Positions 1 through 9,535 of a stretch of 64,000 nucleotides of DNA are shown piece by piece. The translations under genes and the position numbers were made by a program. The stretch's first letter is position 1; every line of letters begins with the position of its first letter. The notes under the pieces were generated by a model. The model saw only the letters and a program-made list of their open reading frames with translations. It was not told the origin of the DNA and did not search any database. The stretch covers positions 64,001 to 128,000 of the IMG/VR virus record IMGVR_UViG_3300028048_000001; one strand, given 5' to 3'. The DNA is from a virus (lineage: Duplodnaviria > Caudoviricetes).

Positions 1-2
1 TT

Positions 3-3000
3 GAACGTAATGTTATAACCCATGCTATAATGGCAAATATTGAAGATATAAATGCTATTCCTGCTAAGATGACAACTTATCTGATTCTTAAAGAATCAGA
101 TGTTGATTATTATCTTGATAGATCTAATAGTACATTTACTATTGACAGAGAATGTCCTATTTATATTGGAGATTATGAATTTCATTTAGAATATGATATT
201 ATTTTAAAACAAATTTATATTCCAGATAAAGATGTAAATACATATGCAGCTTGGTATAATATTCCCGAAAAAAGAGAAGTTCCTACAAGTTCTGTAGATC
301 TTTCTACTGGAAATCCATATATATCTCCTCCTGCTATTGTGAATATAGGAAATCAAAATTATATTTATATTACTACAACTTTATCTCAAGTTTCTCATTT
401 TACAGAATATAAAAAATTAGTTACTTCAAATATAATTGATAATAAAACTTTAAATTTTGAATTTGAAGATCAGTTAGCATATTTTGAAGTAGAAATAGAT
501 GAATCAAATGATGTAAAATATTTACAACCAGTTTTTGAAGGATCTAATGTACCAGATAATGCTTATTTATATTATTGCTGGTACCAGTATATGGATAGTA
601 ATCTTATACGAATTAGATTTGATAGAAAATCTTATATGCCAGGACTTAATGCGAATGTTAGTGTCCTTATAAAAACCACAAAAGGAGCAGAAGGAAACTT
701 TGATCATAGAGGACAAATTGCCGTATCTTTATCTTCTGATAGATATGGATATAAAAATATTCCTATGATTCTTGATCCTGTTACTTCATCGGTTAATGGT
801 AGAGATAGAAAAACTAAAGAAGAATTACAATCTTTAATTCCTAAAGAATTACTTTCCAGAGGTTCTCTTACTACTATTACAGATTTAAATAACTATTTTT
901 CTACACTTGATACAGAAGAAGGTAGAGTAGTTATTCAAAAGAAAATAGATAATCAGATAGAAAGAGTATATTATGCATATTTAGTTGCTAAAGATAGTAA
1001 TAATAATATTATTCCTTCTAATACTATTGATCTTAAAGTAGGTTTAGAAGATTTGGTTGCTACAAGAATACCAGGATCTTTATCCGATAGATATACTCTT
1101 AAATCTGGTATGTGTATAAAACTTGATGAAGACGGGATAGGATATATAAATCATAACCCTTTACAAGCTACTCAAGAAACATTAATTGCTGGAGTTGTAA
1201 AAAGAGGACAATTAGTAAAAGGAAAATTTAAAGCTAAAATAACAGATGCTACAGTAGATTCTGTATCTGCTGAAGTTTTAGTAGATGGAAATTCTGCTGG
1301 ATGTGTTGTTATACCTGATAATTATGTTTTATATTCTAATTCTAAAAATCCTATTGAGGTTGAAGATTATATGCTTATGTCGGTAGGAAAAAGATATCTT
1401 TATAAATTTGAATATGTAACAAAACAAAATGATCCTGTAATTAGATTAACAGATTCAAATTTAGATTGTTTAGATTTTATTAAAGGATATTACTATATTC
1501 CGGGATATGAAGAAGATAAAACATATTTTGATTCTATTCCAATTTCTTTTAGAGGATATGAGAAGAATACAAGAATAGTTATTGCACTTGAATATAGATT
1601 AAATAATAATCCTAATAAAGTTACAACGTTTAGAAATGGATCTCTTTATAAAAGTCTTAATTCAAATAAGACTACAGGAGATTTTGATGATATTGCTGCA
1701 ATATGTGGTGTATATTCTAGAATACAATCTGTAACAAATTATGATACAGATATTTTTGAAATTTTTAAAGATGATAACAATGAATGGACAATAAATATTC
1801 TTCAGCCATTTGAAGATGAAAAAACCATTGATGTTTGGGCAGAACAAGGTTTAGTTACATTAACTGTTTCACAGACAGATAATATCATCGAAAATGTTTT
1901 TGGTATTTCTGAATTAGATATCACTGGAGAAGATTTTTCTCGTATTATAAAAATTGATGGATATGTAGAAGAAACTAAGCTTTATGTTAGAGATCCAGAA
2001 GCTTATGTAAGATATCAAACATTAGTATTGACATCTACTGATGTAGAATATAGATATACTTGTTATATTCCTTCTATTAATGTATCAAATATGCCAACTG
2101 TATTAAAAGAAGGAGATATTATTGAATTCGAATATTCTTATAGATCTCCTAATAGTAATACTCAACCTAGAATAGATATAATTCTTTCTGAAGGATTAGA
2201 ATATGTACCATTTTCTCATTCAATAGATACTGAGGAATATGAATATTCTGTAGAACCTGTAGAAAGAAATATTAGAAATGAAGGATTTATTTATACTAAT
2301 CCTTATGCAATTAGTATAAATGGATACCATTTATATTCAGCATTTTATATGATGTCTATGGATGAAAATCCATATTTACATTATGATTATGTATATGAAA
2401 AATCTGATATACAATTTATTGCAAATAATATTAGATGGACTAGAGATTTCTTAGGTGAAAATAAAGAAGTATATCATTTTAGTTTTGATGCCATACAATC
2501 TGTACAAGAAGATTTAGGCTTATTCCCAGAAGATGAAGAAGGTAATAAATATCCACCTTTAGTAAAAGCTATTGCTATATTTTATAAGAATGATATTCCT
2601 TATAGATATAGAACTTTAAATTTATCAGACTGGGATGAAAATGAATATACTTTTACATTTGAACAAGATTTTTATGCTACAGATGTATTTGATAATGATA
2701 ATTCTATTAAAGTAGAAAATATGACTCCTATCAATGTAAGAGAGGATAGAGTATTCCAATGTAAATTTACTTGTGATTTTAGAGAATATAATTTGATGTC
2801 TGATGGTACATTTACAGAAAAATTGTCAGACTTTATAGCTAGATTTGGTATATCTGGAGAAATAGAAGACTATTATTCTACTAATGAAAATATATTTAGT
2901 TTTATTATAGAAAATCAAAATACTTCTTCTGAAGAAGTTTATATTTGTATGAACGAAGCTTTTGTAAAAGAAGAAAGTATTTTGGTTACAGTTGATGGTA

Positions 3001-3881
3001 CAGAATATCAAATAAGAGCTGAAAAAACTTATATTGAATCTGGATTTATGAGTCCTACTACTAAAGTAAGAATTTATATGCTTTGTGGTTTAGGAGATTA
3101 TTCTAAATATGATTTAATGAATTATGTTCCATTAATTGATAGAAACTGGACAGTTACAAATGTATATGATGTTGTAAATGGAGTTACAATGTATCATAAC
3201 TATTCTGGAGTTATGGGTTCACAGATAGTTCCATATGGAACAAGTAATACCGATGAAGAAGGTAATACTACCATGACTTTAGAAGGATATTATATTTATA
3301 GTGTACCAGTTTTAGGTTATGATTATTGTACTAATGAATATTTAGTACAAGAAGCAATAAATGGATTAAATTATAGAAAATCATATATAGATGCAGTTAT
3401 TGATAAATTAGAAAATTCGTTTGGTATTGATTTTAAATTATTTAATACATATGGACCATCACATACTTATTATATTATTAGGGATACTAATTCTAATATG
3501 ATCCTTGACGAAGAAAAAGAATATATTGATAAAGTACATCTTACTCTTAATTTCAGAATTAAACTTCAATCTAGTAAAGATTCATATACTAAAGATAATA
3601 TCGTTAGAGATATTAAAGAATATATGGAAGATCTTGATAAGCTTGGAGAACTTCATATTCCTAATTTAGTTACGTTAATTACTAATAATTATAAAGAACA
3701 AATTGTATATTTTGAATATCTTGGATTTAACTCTTATGGAGCAGATATTCAGCATATCTATAGAGATGATGATAGTAAAATAGATATCCATATCGCACCT
3801 GAGTTCCTTAATGTTGCTAATATAATAGATGCTGATGGAACTCTTAGTCCAGATATAAATATCTATGTATCTGATATGTAA
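3..3881 (+). CDS. Large virion baseplate wedge-like protein (5' end lies outside the window)
   Basis: The frame is open from nt 3 into the ATG at 30. TTKGAEGNF and NGRDRKTKEELQ...LTTITDLNNYF resemble baseplate wedge/J-like motifs of large myophages; structural-gene context. Confidence 0.6.
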   Translation, partial: ERNVITHAIMANIEDINAIPAKMTTYLILKESDVDYYLDRSNSTFTIDRECPIYIGDYEFHLEYDIILKQIYIPDKDVNTYAAWYNIPEKREVPTSSVDLSTGNPYISPPAIVNIGNQNYIYITTTLSQVSHFTEYKKLVTSNIIDNKTLNFEFEDQLAYFEVEIDESNDVKYLQPVFEGSNVPDNAYLYYCWYQYMDSNLIRIRFDRKSYMPGLNANVSVLIKTTKGAEGNFDHRGQIAVSLSSDRYGYKNIPMILDPVTSSVNGRDRKTKEELQSLIPKELLSRGSLTTITDLNNYFSTLDTEEGRVVIQKKIDNQIERVYYAYLVAKDSNNNIIPSNTIDLKVGLEDLVATRIPGSLSDRYTLKSGMCIKLDEDGIGYINHNPLQATQETLIAGVVKRGQLVKGKFKAKITDATVDSVSAEVLVDGNSAGCVVIPDNYVLYSNSKNPIEVEDYMLMSVGKRYLYKFEYVTKQNDPVIRLTDSNLDCLDFIKGYYYIPGYEEDKTYFDSIPISFRGYEKNTRIVIALEYRLNNNPNKVTTFRNGSLYKSLNSNKTTGDFDDIAAICGVYSRIQSVTNYDTDIFEIFKDDNNEWTINILQPFEDEKTIDVWAEQGLVTLTVSQTDNIIENVFGISELDITGEDFSRIIKIDGYVEETKLYVRDPEAYVRYQTLVLTSTDVEYRYTCYIPSINVSNMPTVLKEGDIIEFEYSYRSPNSNTQPRIDIILSEGLEYVPFSHSIDTEEYEYSVEPVERNIRNEGFIYTNPYAISINGYHLYSAFYMMSMDENPYLHYDYVYEKSDIQFIANNIRWTRDFLGENKEVYHFSFDAIQSVQEDLGLFPEDEEGNKYPPLVKAIAIFYKNDIPYRYRTLNLSDWDENEYTFTFEQDFYATDVFDNDNSIKVENMTPINVREDRVFQCKFTCDFREYNLMSDGTFTEKLSDFIARFGISGEIEDYYSTNENIFSFIIENQNTSSEEVYICMNEAFVKEESILVTVDGTEYQIRAEKTYIESGFMSPTTKVRIYMLCGLGDYSKYDLMNYVPLIDRNWTVTNVYDVVNGVTMYHNYSGVMGSQIVPYGTSNTDEEGNTTMTLEGYYIYSVPVLGYDYCTNEYLVQEAINGLNYRKSYIDAVIDKLENSFGIDFKLFNTYGPSHTYYIIRDTNSNMILDEEKEYIDKVHLTLNFRIKLQSSKDSYTKDNIVRDIKEYMEDLDKLGELHIPNLVTLITNNYKEQIVYFEYLGFNSYGADIQHIYRDDDSKIDIHIAPEFLNVANIIDADGTLSPDINIYVSDM

Positions 3882-3919
3882 AAACTTACATATAAATATG
3901 ATTCCAAAGGAGAATTATT

Positions 3920-4849
3920 ATGGGACTCAGAGAAGATAGGAATTATCTTAAAGAAAGAAAAGAATTAAGAAAATCTCTTGCTGAAAATGCTAAAAAACAA
4001 GAGATTGAAAATATTAATAGACTTCATGAAGAATATGATAATATTAAACTTATGCATGAAGCAAAAGTAGATAAATTTTTCCAATATAAAGATGATGTAA
4101 AGAAAACTCTTATTACTGAAGCTCTTGGAAAAATTTATAAAAATTCTATTTATCATATCACTGATAGAGAAGCTAGTCTTTGTGATGCTTTACTCGGCAG
4201 TTATATAGAATCTACTGGTGTTGATACTATTCTTAGAAATATGAAATTCTCTAAATCTGGCATTCTTGTTAGTATTTATGAAGCAGAACAAGATGCTTTT
4301 GATAAGATTACAGATGGAGCAAATGCTGAAGATATAAATTCTCAAACTATTGATCCTAAGGCTATTGACGATTTTTGGGATGAAATTGATAAGAATAATG
4401 ATATTGAAGATATAACTAATACTATTAGACTTAGAGTATCTAATGCTGAAGAAGATTTTGTTAATAGGAATCAAGCAGATAAAGAAGATATTAAAACTAT
4501 CTTAAAAGATACAGCAGAAAGAGTTCAGAATGCTAAATCTACTAATGATAATGATTACTCTGATGCTGTAGAAGAATCTGAAATGAGAATTGCTAAAGAT
4601 AAGATTTATCAGATTCAGCATGAAGGATATCATAATATATTTGATAGAATGGTTAGAAATATTTCTGAATCTGTTATTAAAAATGAAGAGATTAAGAAAG
4701 AATTTACTCTTGAAAATGGTAGACTCGATATGAATAAGATCGTTGAATCTGCTAGATGTATGTATACACTTTTAGAAATGGTTTCTACACTTAAAATTGA
4801 AAATGTAGATTCTCAATATATTGAAGATGCTCTTAAATCTATTAAATAA
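3920..4849 (+). CDS. Hypothetical acidic helical protein, probably virion-associated
   Basis: 309-aa ORF with AAGGAG RBS, a late-type promoter motif at 3883-3896 and a terminator downstream. Confidence 0.55.
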   Translation: MGLREDRNYLKERKELRKSLAENAKKQEIENINRLHEEYDNIKLMHEAKVDKFFQYKDDVKKTLITEALGKIYKNSIYHITDREASLCDALLGSYIESTGVDTILRNMKFSKSGILVSIYEAEQDAFDKITDGANAEDINSQTIDPKAIDDFWDEIDKNNDIEDITNTIRLRVSNAEEDFVNRNQADKEDIKTILKDTAERVQNAKSTNDNDYSDAVEESEMRIAKDKIYQIQHEGYHNIFDRMVRNISESVIKNEEIKKEFTLENGRLDMNKIVESARCMYTLLEMVSTLKIENVDSQYIEDALKSIK

Positions 4850-4866
4850 ATTTTAAATAATATAAA

Positions 4867-4895
4867 AAGGAGTAGACTTATAAAGTCTACTCCTT
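4867..4895. terminator. Bidirectional intrinsic terminator
   Basis: AAGGAGTAGACTT-ATA-AAGTCTACTCCTT hairpin between convergent genes. Confidence 0.8.
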
Positions 4896-4926
4896 GTATT
4901 TTATTTTGTAATTATTATTTTATCAA

Positions 4927-5496
4927 TTAAATTTTTACATCTCTTATCTTGCATTTTTTATAATGATTCTTTCGTTTTCTATATTCTTTTCTTTCTTTTT
5001 TAGTATTTTTTGAAAGTTTAGTATAATTTTTACTGTTATCTGATTTCCATTTATCATGCTCTACAATATATGTAAGCATAGATAATATATCTTTTTGTCC
5101 TTTATAATTTTGCTTATGATAATGATATTGTATATGTTTATTCTTTACTTTTAATTTTGATATTCTTTCTGAATTTGCATGATATAGTTCTAATCCATAC
5201 CTTGTAGATTCTGTAGTAATCTTCCAAGCAGATGTTATATTATCGATAAACATTGAATCATCTTCAATATACATCTTCATATAATTATGAAGAATAAATC
5301 TATCTATTTCTTCCTTATCTTTATTATAATATGATACTAATCTGGAACATTTGTAACAATGAGTATAACCATGATTTCTAGCATCATTTTTTGAATTAAA
5401 ATTTATTCTATATTTTTCTGGAATAGAATCTATACATATGCAATCTTTATAATGAAATATTTTTCTTTTAGAATCTCCTATTAGTGCAAGACTCAT
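4927..5496 (-). CDS. Protein with N-terminal Ada-like metal-binding domain
   Basis: IGDSKRKIFHYKDC...FNSKNDARNHGYTHCYKC matches the FHxxxC...AxxxGYxxCxxC pattern; basic C-terminus. Confidence 0.55.
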   Translation of the reverse strand: MSLALIGDSKRKIFHYKDCICIDSIPEKYRINFNSKNDARNHGYTHCYKCSRLVSYYNKDKEEIDRFILHNYMKMYIEDDSMFIDNITSAWKITTESTRYGLELYHANSERISKLKVKNKHIQYHYHKQNYKGQKDILSMLTYIVEHDKWKSDNSKNYTKLSKNTKKERKEYRKRKNHYKKCKIRDVKI

Positions 5497-5514
5497 GTAT
5501 ATTATCCTTCTTCC

Positions 5515-5874
5515 TCAAATTCTAATAATAATATTATTAGTTCCTACTATTGTAATATTAATTAAATTTGGAGTAATCGTAACATACTCTCCTAATTTAT
5601 TAATAATTTTTTGTAAAGCTTTAGAAGCTTTATTTAGATAGAAACTATATTGATCAGAGAAAGATTTAGATATTTCATTATCAAATTTTGATGGCTCAAA
5701 TCCAATATCTATATTTAACCCACCATATTGATCACATTGAAATTTAAAATCATAAGCATTAAATATTTCAGAAAAAGACCCAATAAATTCTGCTTTAAAT
5801 TGAGGTTTAGAATAAACATTTGTTCTAAGATAAGAGATGGTAGAGGTAATATTATCAGAATCTAATACTGTCAT
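5515..5874 (-). CDS. Hypothetical protein
   Basis: 119-aa ORF with an AGGTGG RBS, within a minus-strand operon. Confidence 0.6.
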   Translation of the reverse strand: MTVLDSDNITSTISYLRTNVYSKPQFKAEFIGSFSEIFNAYDFKFQCDQYGGLNIDIGFEPSKFDNEISKSFSDQYSFYLNKASKALQKIINKLGEYVTITPNLINITIVGTNNIIIRI

Positions 5875-5903
5875 TATCTTTTACCACCTAATATTATTTA
5901 TTC

Positions 5904-6356
5904 TTATTCTTCATCTTTTTCATTAATATCACATTCTTCAAAAAGTTCATCTGTATCACTAATAACATATCCTGTTTTTTCAGCCAATTCAACAATAATT
6001 GAATCTCCAAGATCAATAGATACGTGATCATAAACCCAATCAAGAAGAGTAAAAGCTAATCTAAAGCAGTCAATTGTAATATCTTTAACCTTTTTATCAA
6101 ATGCTTTATAATACTTATCAAGTACTTTATATTTAACTTCTTTTTTACCAATTTCTTCATTAAATTCATCTTCATCAGAGCATTTTACTTTTGCACTATA
6201 TTTATTTTTAATAAGAAGAGAATCATAATCCCTTATCTTAAAAAACTTAGAATTATTATTAACCTTTTTATCAATAAAAGTAAGAAAATCTTTTTCAGCA
6301 TTATCAAGAGTACCAACAGTGACTTTAGTTTCAGTATTTACAACTTTAGTAATCAT
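5904..6356 (-). CDS. Hypothetical phage protein
   Basis: 150-aa ORF with AAGGAG RBS; contains AKVKCSDEDEFNEEIGK. Confidence 0.6.
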   Translation of the reverse strand: MITKVVNTETKVTVGTLDNAEKDFLTFIDKKVNNNSKFFKIRDYDSLLIKNKYSAKVKCSDEDEFNEEIGKKEVKYKVLDKYYKAFDKKVKDITIDCFRLAFTLLDWVYDHVSIDLGDSIIVELAEKTGYVISDTDELFEECDINEKDEE

Positions 6357-6375
6357 TTTATAATCTCCTTTTAAT

Positions 6376-6972
6376 TTAATCTTTTTTAGATTCTATATCA
6401 GAAAATCCTCTAATAATTTCTTCTTTTCTTTCTGGCCAATTATCTTTTTCCATTTCACAAAGAAATGCCATATTACAACAAGCATGCCATAAATGAGGTA
6501 ATCCAGATTCTTTATCAACTGATTTATTATCATCAAGATAGCCAAGAATATGTCTCATTAAAGCATCAATATATCTTCTTTTTTCTACACTTGTCCAATT
6601 AGATGGAGAATGATATTTTTCATTACCATACATTCTAATTTTAGCAATTGCTCTTATAATTTCTGTAGGAACTAAAGAAATCTGAAGTTTACCATTATCT
6701 GCTTTTGCTGTGTTATTGTAATTATTAAAAATTTGATTATCACTCACATGTATTGATTCAAAATGTTTTTCTCCAGCTATATTAACATCGTGCCAAAATC
6801 CATTATAATATACCTGTTTATATCTATTATCATTCGGGTTATCTCTAATATCACCATTTTTATAAGCATAAAAATCTGATGCTGTAATATTCTCTACAGT
6901 AAGAGGTTTACTATTATTTTCATTATTTTCATAATCATTACAATCTGTAGATTCATTTGGTAATTCTATCAT
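6376..6972 (-). CDS. DUF5664-family (dATP/dGTP diphosphohydrolase N-terminal domain) protein
   Basis: KADNGK..ISLVP...MYGNEKY..SNW...YIDALMRH...DKESGLPHLWHACCNMAFL is the characteristic DUF5664 signature. Confidence 0.8.
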   Translation of the reverse strand: MIELPNESTDCNDYENNENNSKPLTVENITASDFYAYKNGDIRDNPNDNRYKQVYYNGFWHDVNIAGEKHFESIHVSDNQIFNNYNNTAKADNGKLQISLVPTEIIRAIAKIRMYGNEKYHSPSNWTSVEKRRYIDALMRHILGYLDDNKSVDKESGLPHLWHACCNMAFLCEMEKDNWPERKEEIIRGFSDIESKKD

Positions 6973-6980
6973 ATTTAATT

Positions 6981-7724
6981 TTATCCTCCTTCATAATGTA
7001 TATAACCTGTATTATCCAAGTATTGTATTGGATAATTTGGATTATAATCTTTTCTATTTATTATTTGATTATAATGTTGATAAGATGTAACACAATTTAA
7101 ATATCTAATATATATTTCTACTCTTGGTAAAATAGAATAATATTTATGGACTTCACCATCTGTAACAAGATTATCATCTAACCAAATATTAGCATTGAAC
7201 ATGTCTGTATATTTCTTTCCAACATTATCCCAGTCTGGCTTGTTTATATGTCTATGTAATCCTATTTCTGCTAATAATATATCTTCTTTATTAAAATATG
7301 ATGGTGTTTTAAAAAATACATTTATACATACTTGGCACGGAGTTTGAATAAAATTGTTTAATTGAATTAATTCTGAATCTATAAGTTTATGCATAAATCT
7401 ATGATCTTCTGCTGCATTTGGAGAAAATACATGAACAAAACTTCCTCCACCTAAAGCAGTATTCATATAATTTTTTCTATTCACCATTCTAAAACGTGGT
7501 CGTTTAGCTCCTTCTGGATCTTCATAAAGAATTATTTTATAATCATAATAAAATAATTGTGATTCCATTACACGTTTTCTTTCAATTATATCATCCATTT
7601 TTTGTGGATTTAATCTCATAGAATTTATTAAAAAATAAATACGTTCACTATTGTCTTTTGGAATATGAGAATATTTAATCTCATATTCTTCCATTTTTAA
7701 TATTCTAGATTTTTGTTTTGACAA
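6981..7724 (-). CDS. RusA-like Holliday junction resolvase
   Basis: KRPRF near the N-terminus plus KPDWDNVGK..TD...WLDDNLV...KYYS..PRVEI, the RusA catalytic motif; TTG start with GAGGTG RBS. Confidence 0.8.
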   Translation of the reverse strand: MSKQKSRILKMEEYEIKYSHIPKDNSERIYFLINSMRLNPQKMDDIIERKRVMESQLFYYDYKIILYEDPEGAKRPRFRMVNRKNYMNTALGGGSFVHVFSPNAAEDHRFMHKLIDSELIQLNNFIQTPCQVCINVFFKTPSYFNKEDILLAEIGLHRHINKPDWDNVGKKYTDMFNANIWLDDNLVTDGEVHKYYSILPRVEIYIRYLNCVTSYQHYNQIINRKDYNPNYPIQYLDNTGYIHYEGG

Positions 7725-7776
7725 AAAATCACCTCATTTATAATTATACACAGGTTATATATAAAATAAAAAATAA

Positions 7777-7806
7777 ATAGAGGTAGAATTTTTTTTCTAC
7801 CTCTAT
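7777..7806 (-). terminator. Intrinsic terminator
   Basis: ATAGAGGTAGAA/TTCTACCTCTAT stem followed by a T-rich tract on the minus strand. Confidence 0.75.
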
Positions 7807-7809
7807 ATT

Positions 7810-9474
7810 TTACCATCCTAAACTTCTTACATCAGAGAAATTACTTAATATATTAGCTGCCTGATGAGCTAATCCTCTTTTAACACCACCCCAAAAATCA
7901 TTTACATAATCTCTAGGAGCATCTTTTAATATCATAGCAGCCATTTTCATTAATCTAGTAAATTCATAATCATTAAGATTAACTCCAGCCATTGTAGCAA
8001 GATAATCCATTTCTGCTGTATTGGCAATAATACCCATCATTTTAGATATAAACATACTAGAATATAAATCTTTTAAAGTAAGAGTAACATCTGCTGTATA
8101 AGGTTGTCCCATAACATTCCATCTATCTGAACCACCTTTTGTTATTGATAATGATTGTACTATTCCAAGATCACAATTAAATATAGATTTATAAGTAGCT
8201 CTAACTAAGAATGGAGCTTGATATGAATTTGATTTATTTCCTATTTGTCTTGGAGCAGCTAAAGATACTAATAATACTATCGGTAAATACACATTTAAAA
8301 ATATACTAACAGGATCAGGATCTGGAGATCTTAATTTAAGACTTATATTATATGATTTAGAATAAGAAGATCCAGACCAAATTTCTGGAAATATAATTTT
8401 TCCACCAGATACTATAGTTGTTAATTCTCCGGTAATTCTAGATAATAAATTTTTTCCAGCTAAAGCATCTGATAATTGTCCTGCAGCTTCAGCTAAATTA
8501 GTACCTATTTCTGTTACAGCAGATCCCATGGCTTTCATTAACCCACCACCATCTCTACTACCGAGAATGAATTGAATTTCCCTTGCAGTCTGTGAAAACC
8601 CATTAGCAGTTTGAGAGATCATAGATTCTGTTGTGTCATTACCAAAATCTTCACTTATAGAAGTTTCTGCGTCTAAATAAAAAGGTAATACACAGTTTGT
8701 ACCAAATATTTTTGTAAAATCTGTAGATACAAAATCTTCTATATCTATTTTAGATAATTTTTTATCTTTCATAGTACCTGGAATAGGTATAACCATATCA
8801 GATATTCCCATGTAAAAAGCTAATGATCTTAATGCTGTATTAGCATATTTTTTATATTCTGGAAAATTTTGTGCAAATGTATAATATCTTCCATCTTCAT
8901 CAATATCGTCATCATCAATACTACTATCACTATTAAGAGCACCATATAAATTTTGTGCTAGACTTAAAGCAGCATGACCTTTAGCACTACCTTTTCCCAT
9001 AAATAATGGTTCACCAGGAGTAAGGAAAAGTACTGGCATTACTGATAAAATTTTTTGAGTATATTTTCTTCCAACATGTATTGTATTATCATTATTTTTA
9101 TTATTTTTACTTACACTATCTTCTATTTTAAAATCACCTTTTTCATCCATTATAGGATCAACTTCTGGAGAAAACTGATATGGTAATCCAAATATTCCTG
9201 TTATACTATTTGTAATTTTTTTAGCATAAGTAGAATTATTCTTTTTTCCGTTAACTTGATACACATTTTCATCATTTTCTAATGAATCTAAAAGATCGTC
9301 ATAAGATTCAAATGTAGTTTGTTTTCCATATAATTCTTCAAACTCTTCATTTTCTTCATCAGCGGTTTCTTCTATAGAAGTATCCACGTATTGATATCCA
9401 GGATCAGAAGGTTTGCTACCACTACTATCAGGAACTGGAGTGGGATTGGTTATTGTATTATCATTATCAGGCAT
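7810..9474 (-). CDS. Virion structural protein (tail tube/baseplate hub-associated, jumbo phage type)
   Basis: 554 aa, directly downstream of the giant tail protein; IIFPEIWSGSSYSKSYNISLKLRSP and beta-rich GIVQSLSITKG..ADVTLTLKDL segments suggest a tube-like fold. Confidence 0.5.
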   Translation of the reverse strand: MPDNDNTITNPTPVPDSSGSKPSDPGYQYVDTSIEETADEENEEFEELYGKQTTFESYDDLLDSLENDENVYQVNGKKNNSTYAKKITNSITGIFGLPYQFSPEVDPIMDEKGDFKIEDSVSKNNKNNDNTIHVGRKYTQKILSVMPVLFLTPGEPLFMGKGSAKGHAALSLAQNLYGALNSDSSIDDDDIDEDGRYYTFAQNFPEYKKYANTALRSLAFYMGISDMVIPIPGTMKDKKLSKIDIEDFVSTDFTKIFGTNCVLPFYLDAETSISEDFGNDTTESMISQTANGFSQTAREIQFILGSRDGGGLMKAMGSAVTEIGTNLAEAAGQLSDALAGKNLLSRITGELTTIVSGGKIIFPEIWSGSSYSKSYNISLKLRSPDPDPVSIFLNVYLPIVLLVSLAAPRQIGNKSNSYQAPFLVRATYKSIFNCDLGIVQSLSITKGGSDRWNVMGQPYTADVTLTLKDLYSSMFISKMMGIIANTAEMDYLATMAGVNLNDYEFTRLMKMAAMILKDAPRDYVNDFWGGVKRGLAHQAANILSNFSDVRSLGW

Positions 9475-9500
9475 TATAATACCTCCATTACTAATTAATA

Positions 9501-9528
9501 TGGAGTTGGGCTATTAAACCCAACTCCA
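9501..9528. terminator. GC-rich hairpin between tail genes (weak terminator or processing/stability stem)
   Basis: TGGAGTTGGG-CTATTAAA-CCCAACTCCA; no strong U-tract on the coding (minus) strand. Confidence 0.5.
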
Positions 9529-9535
9529 AAATTAT

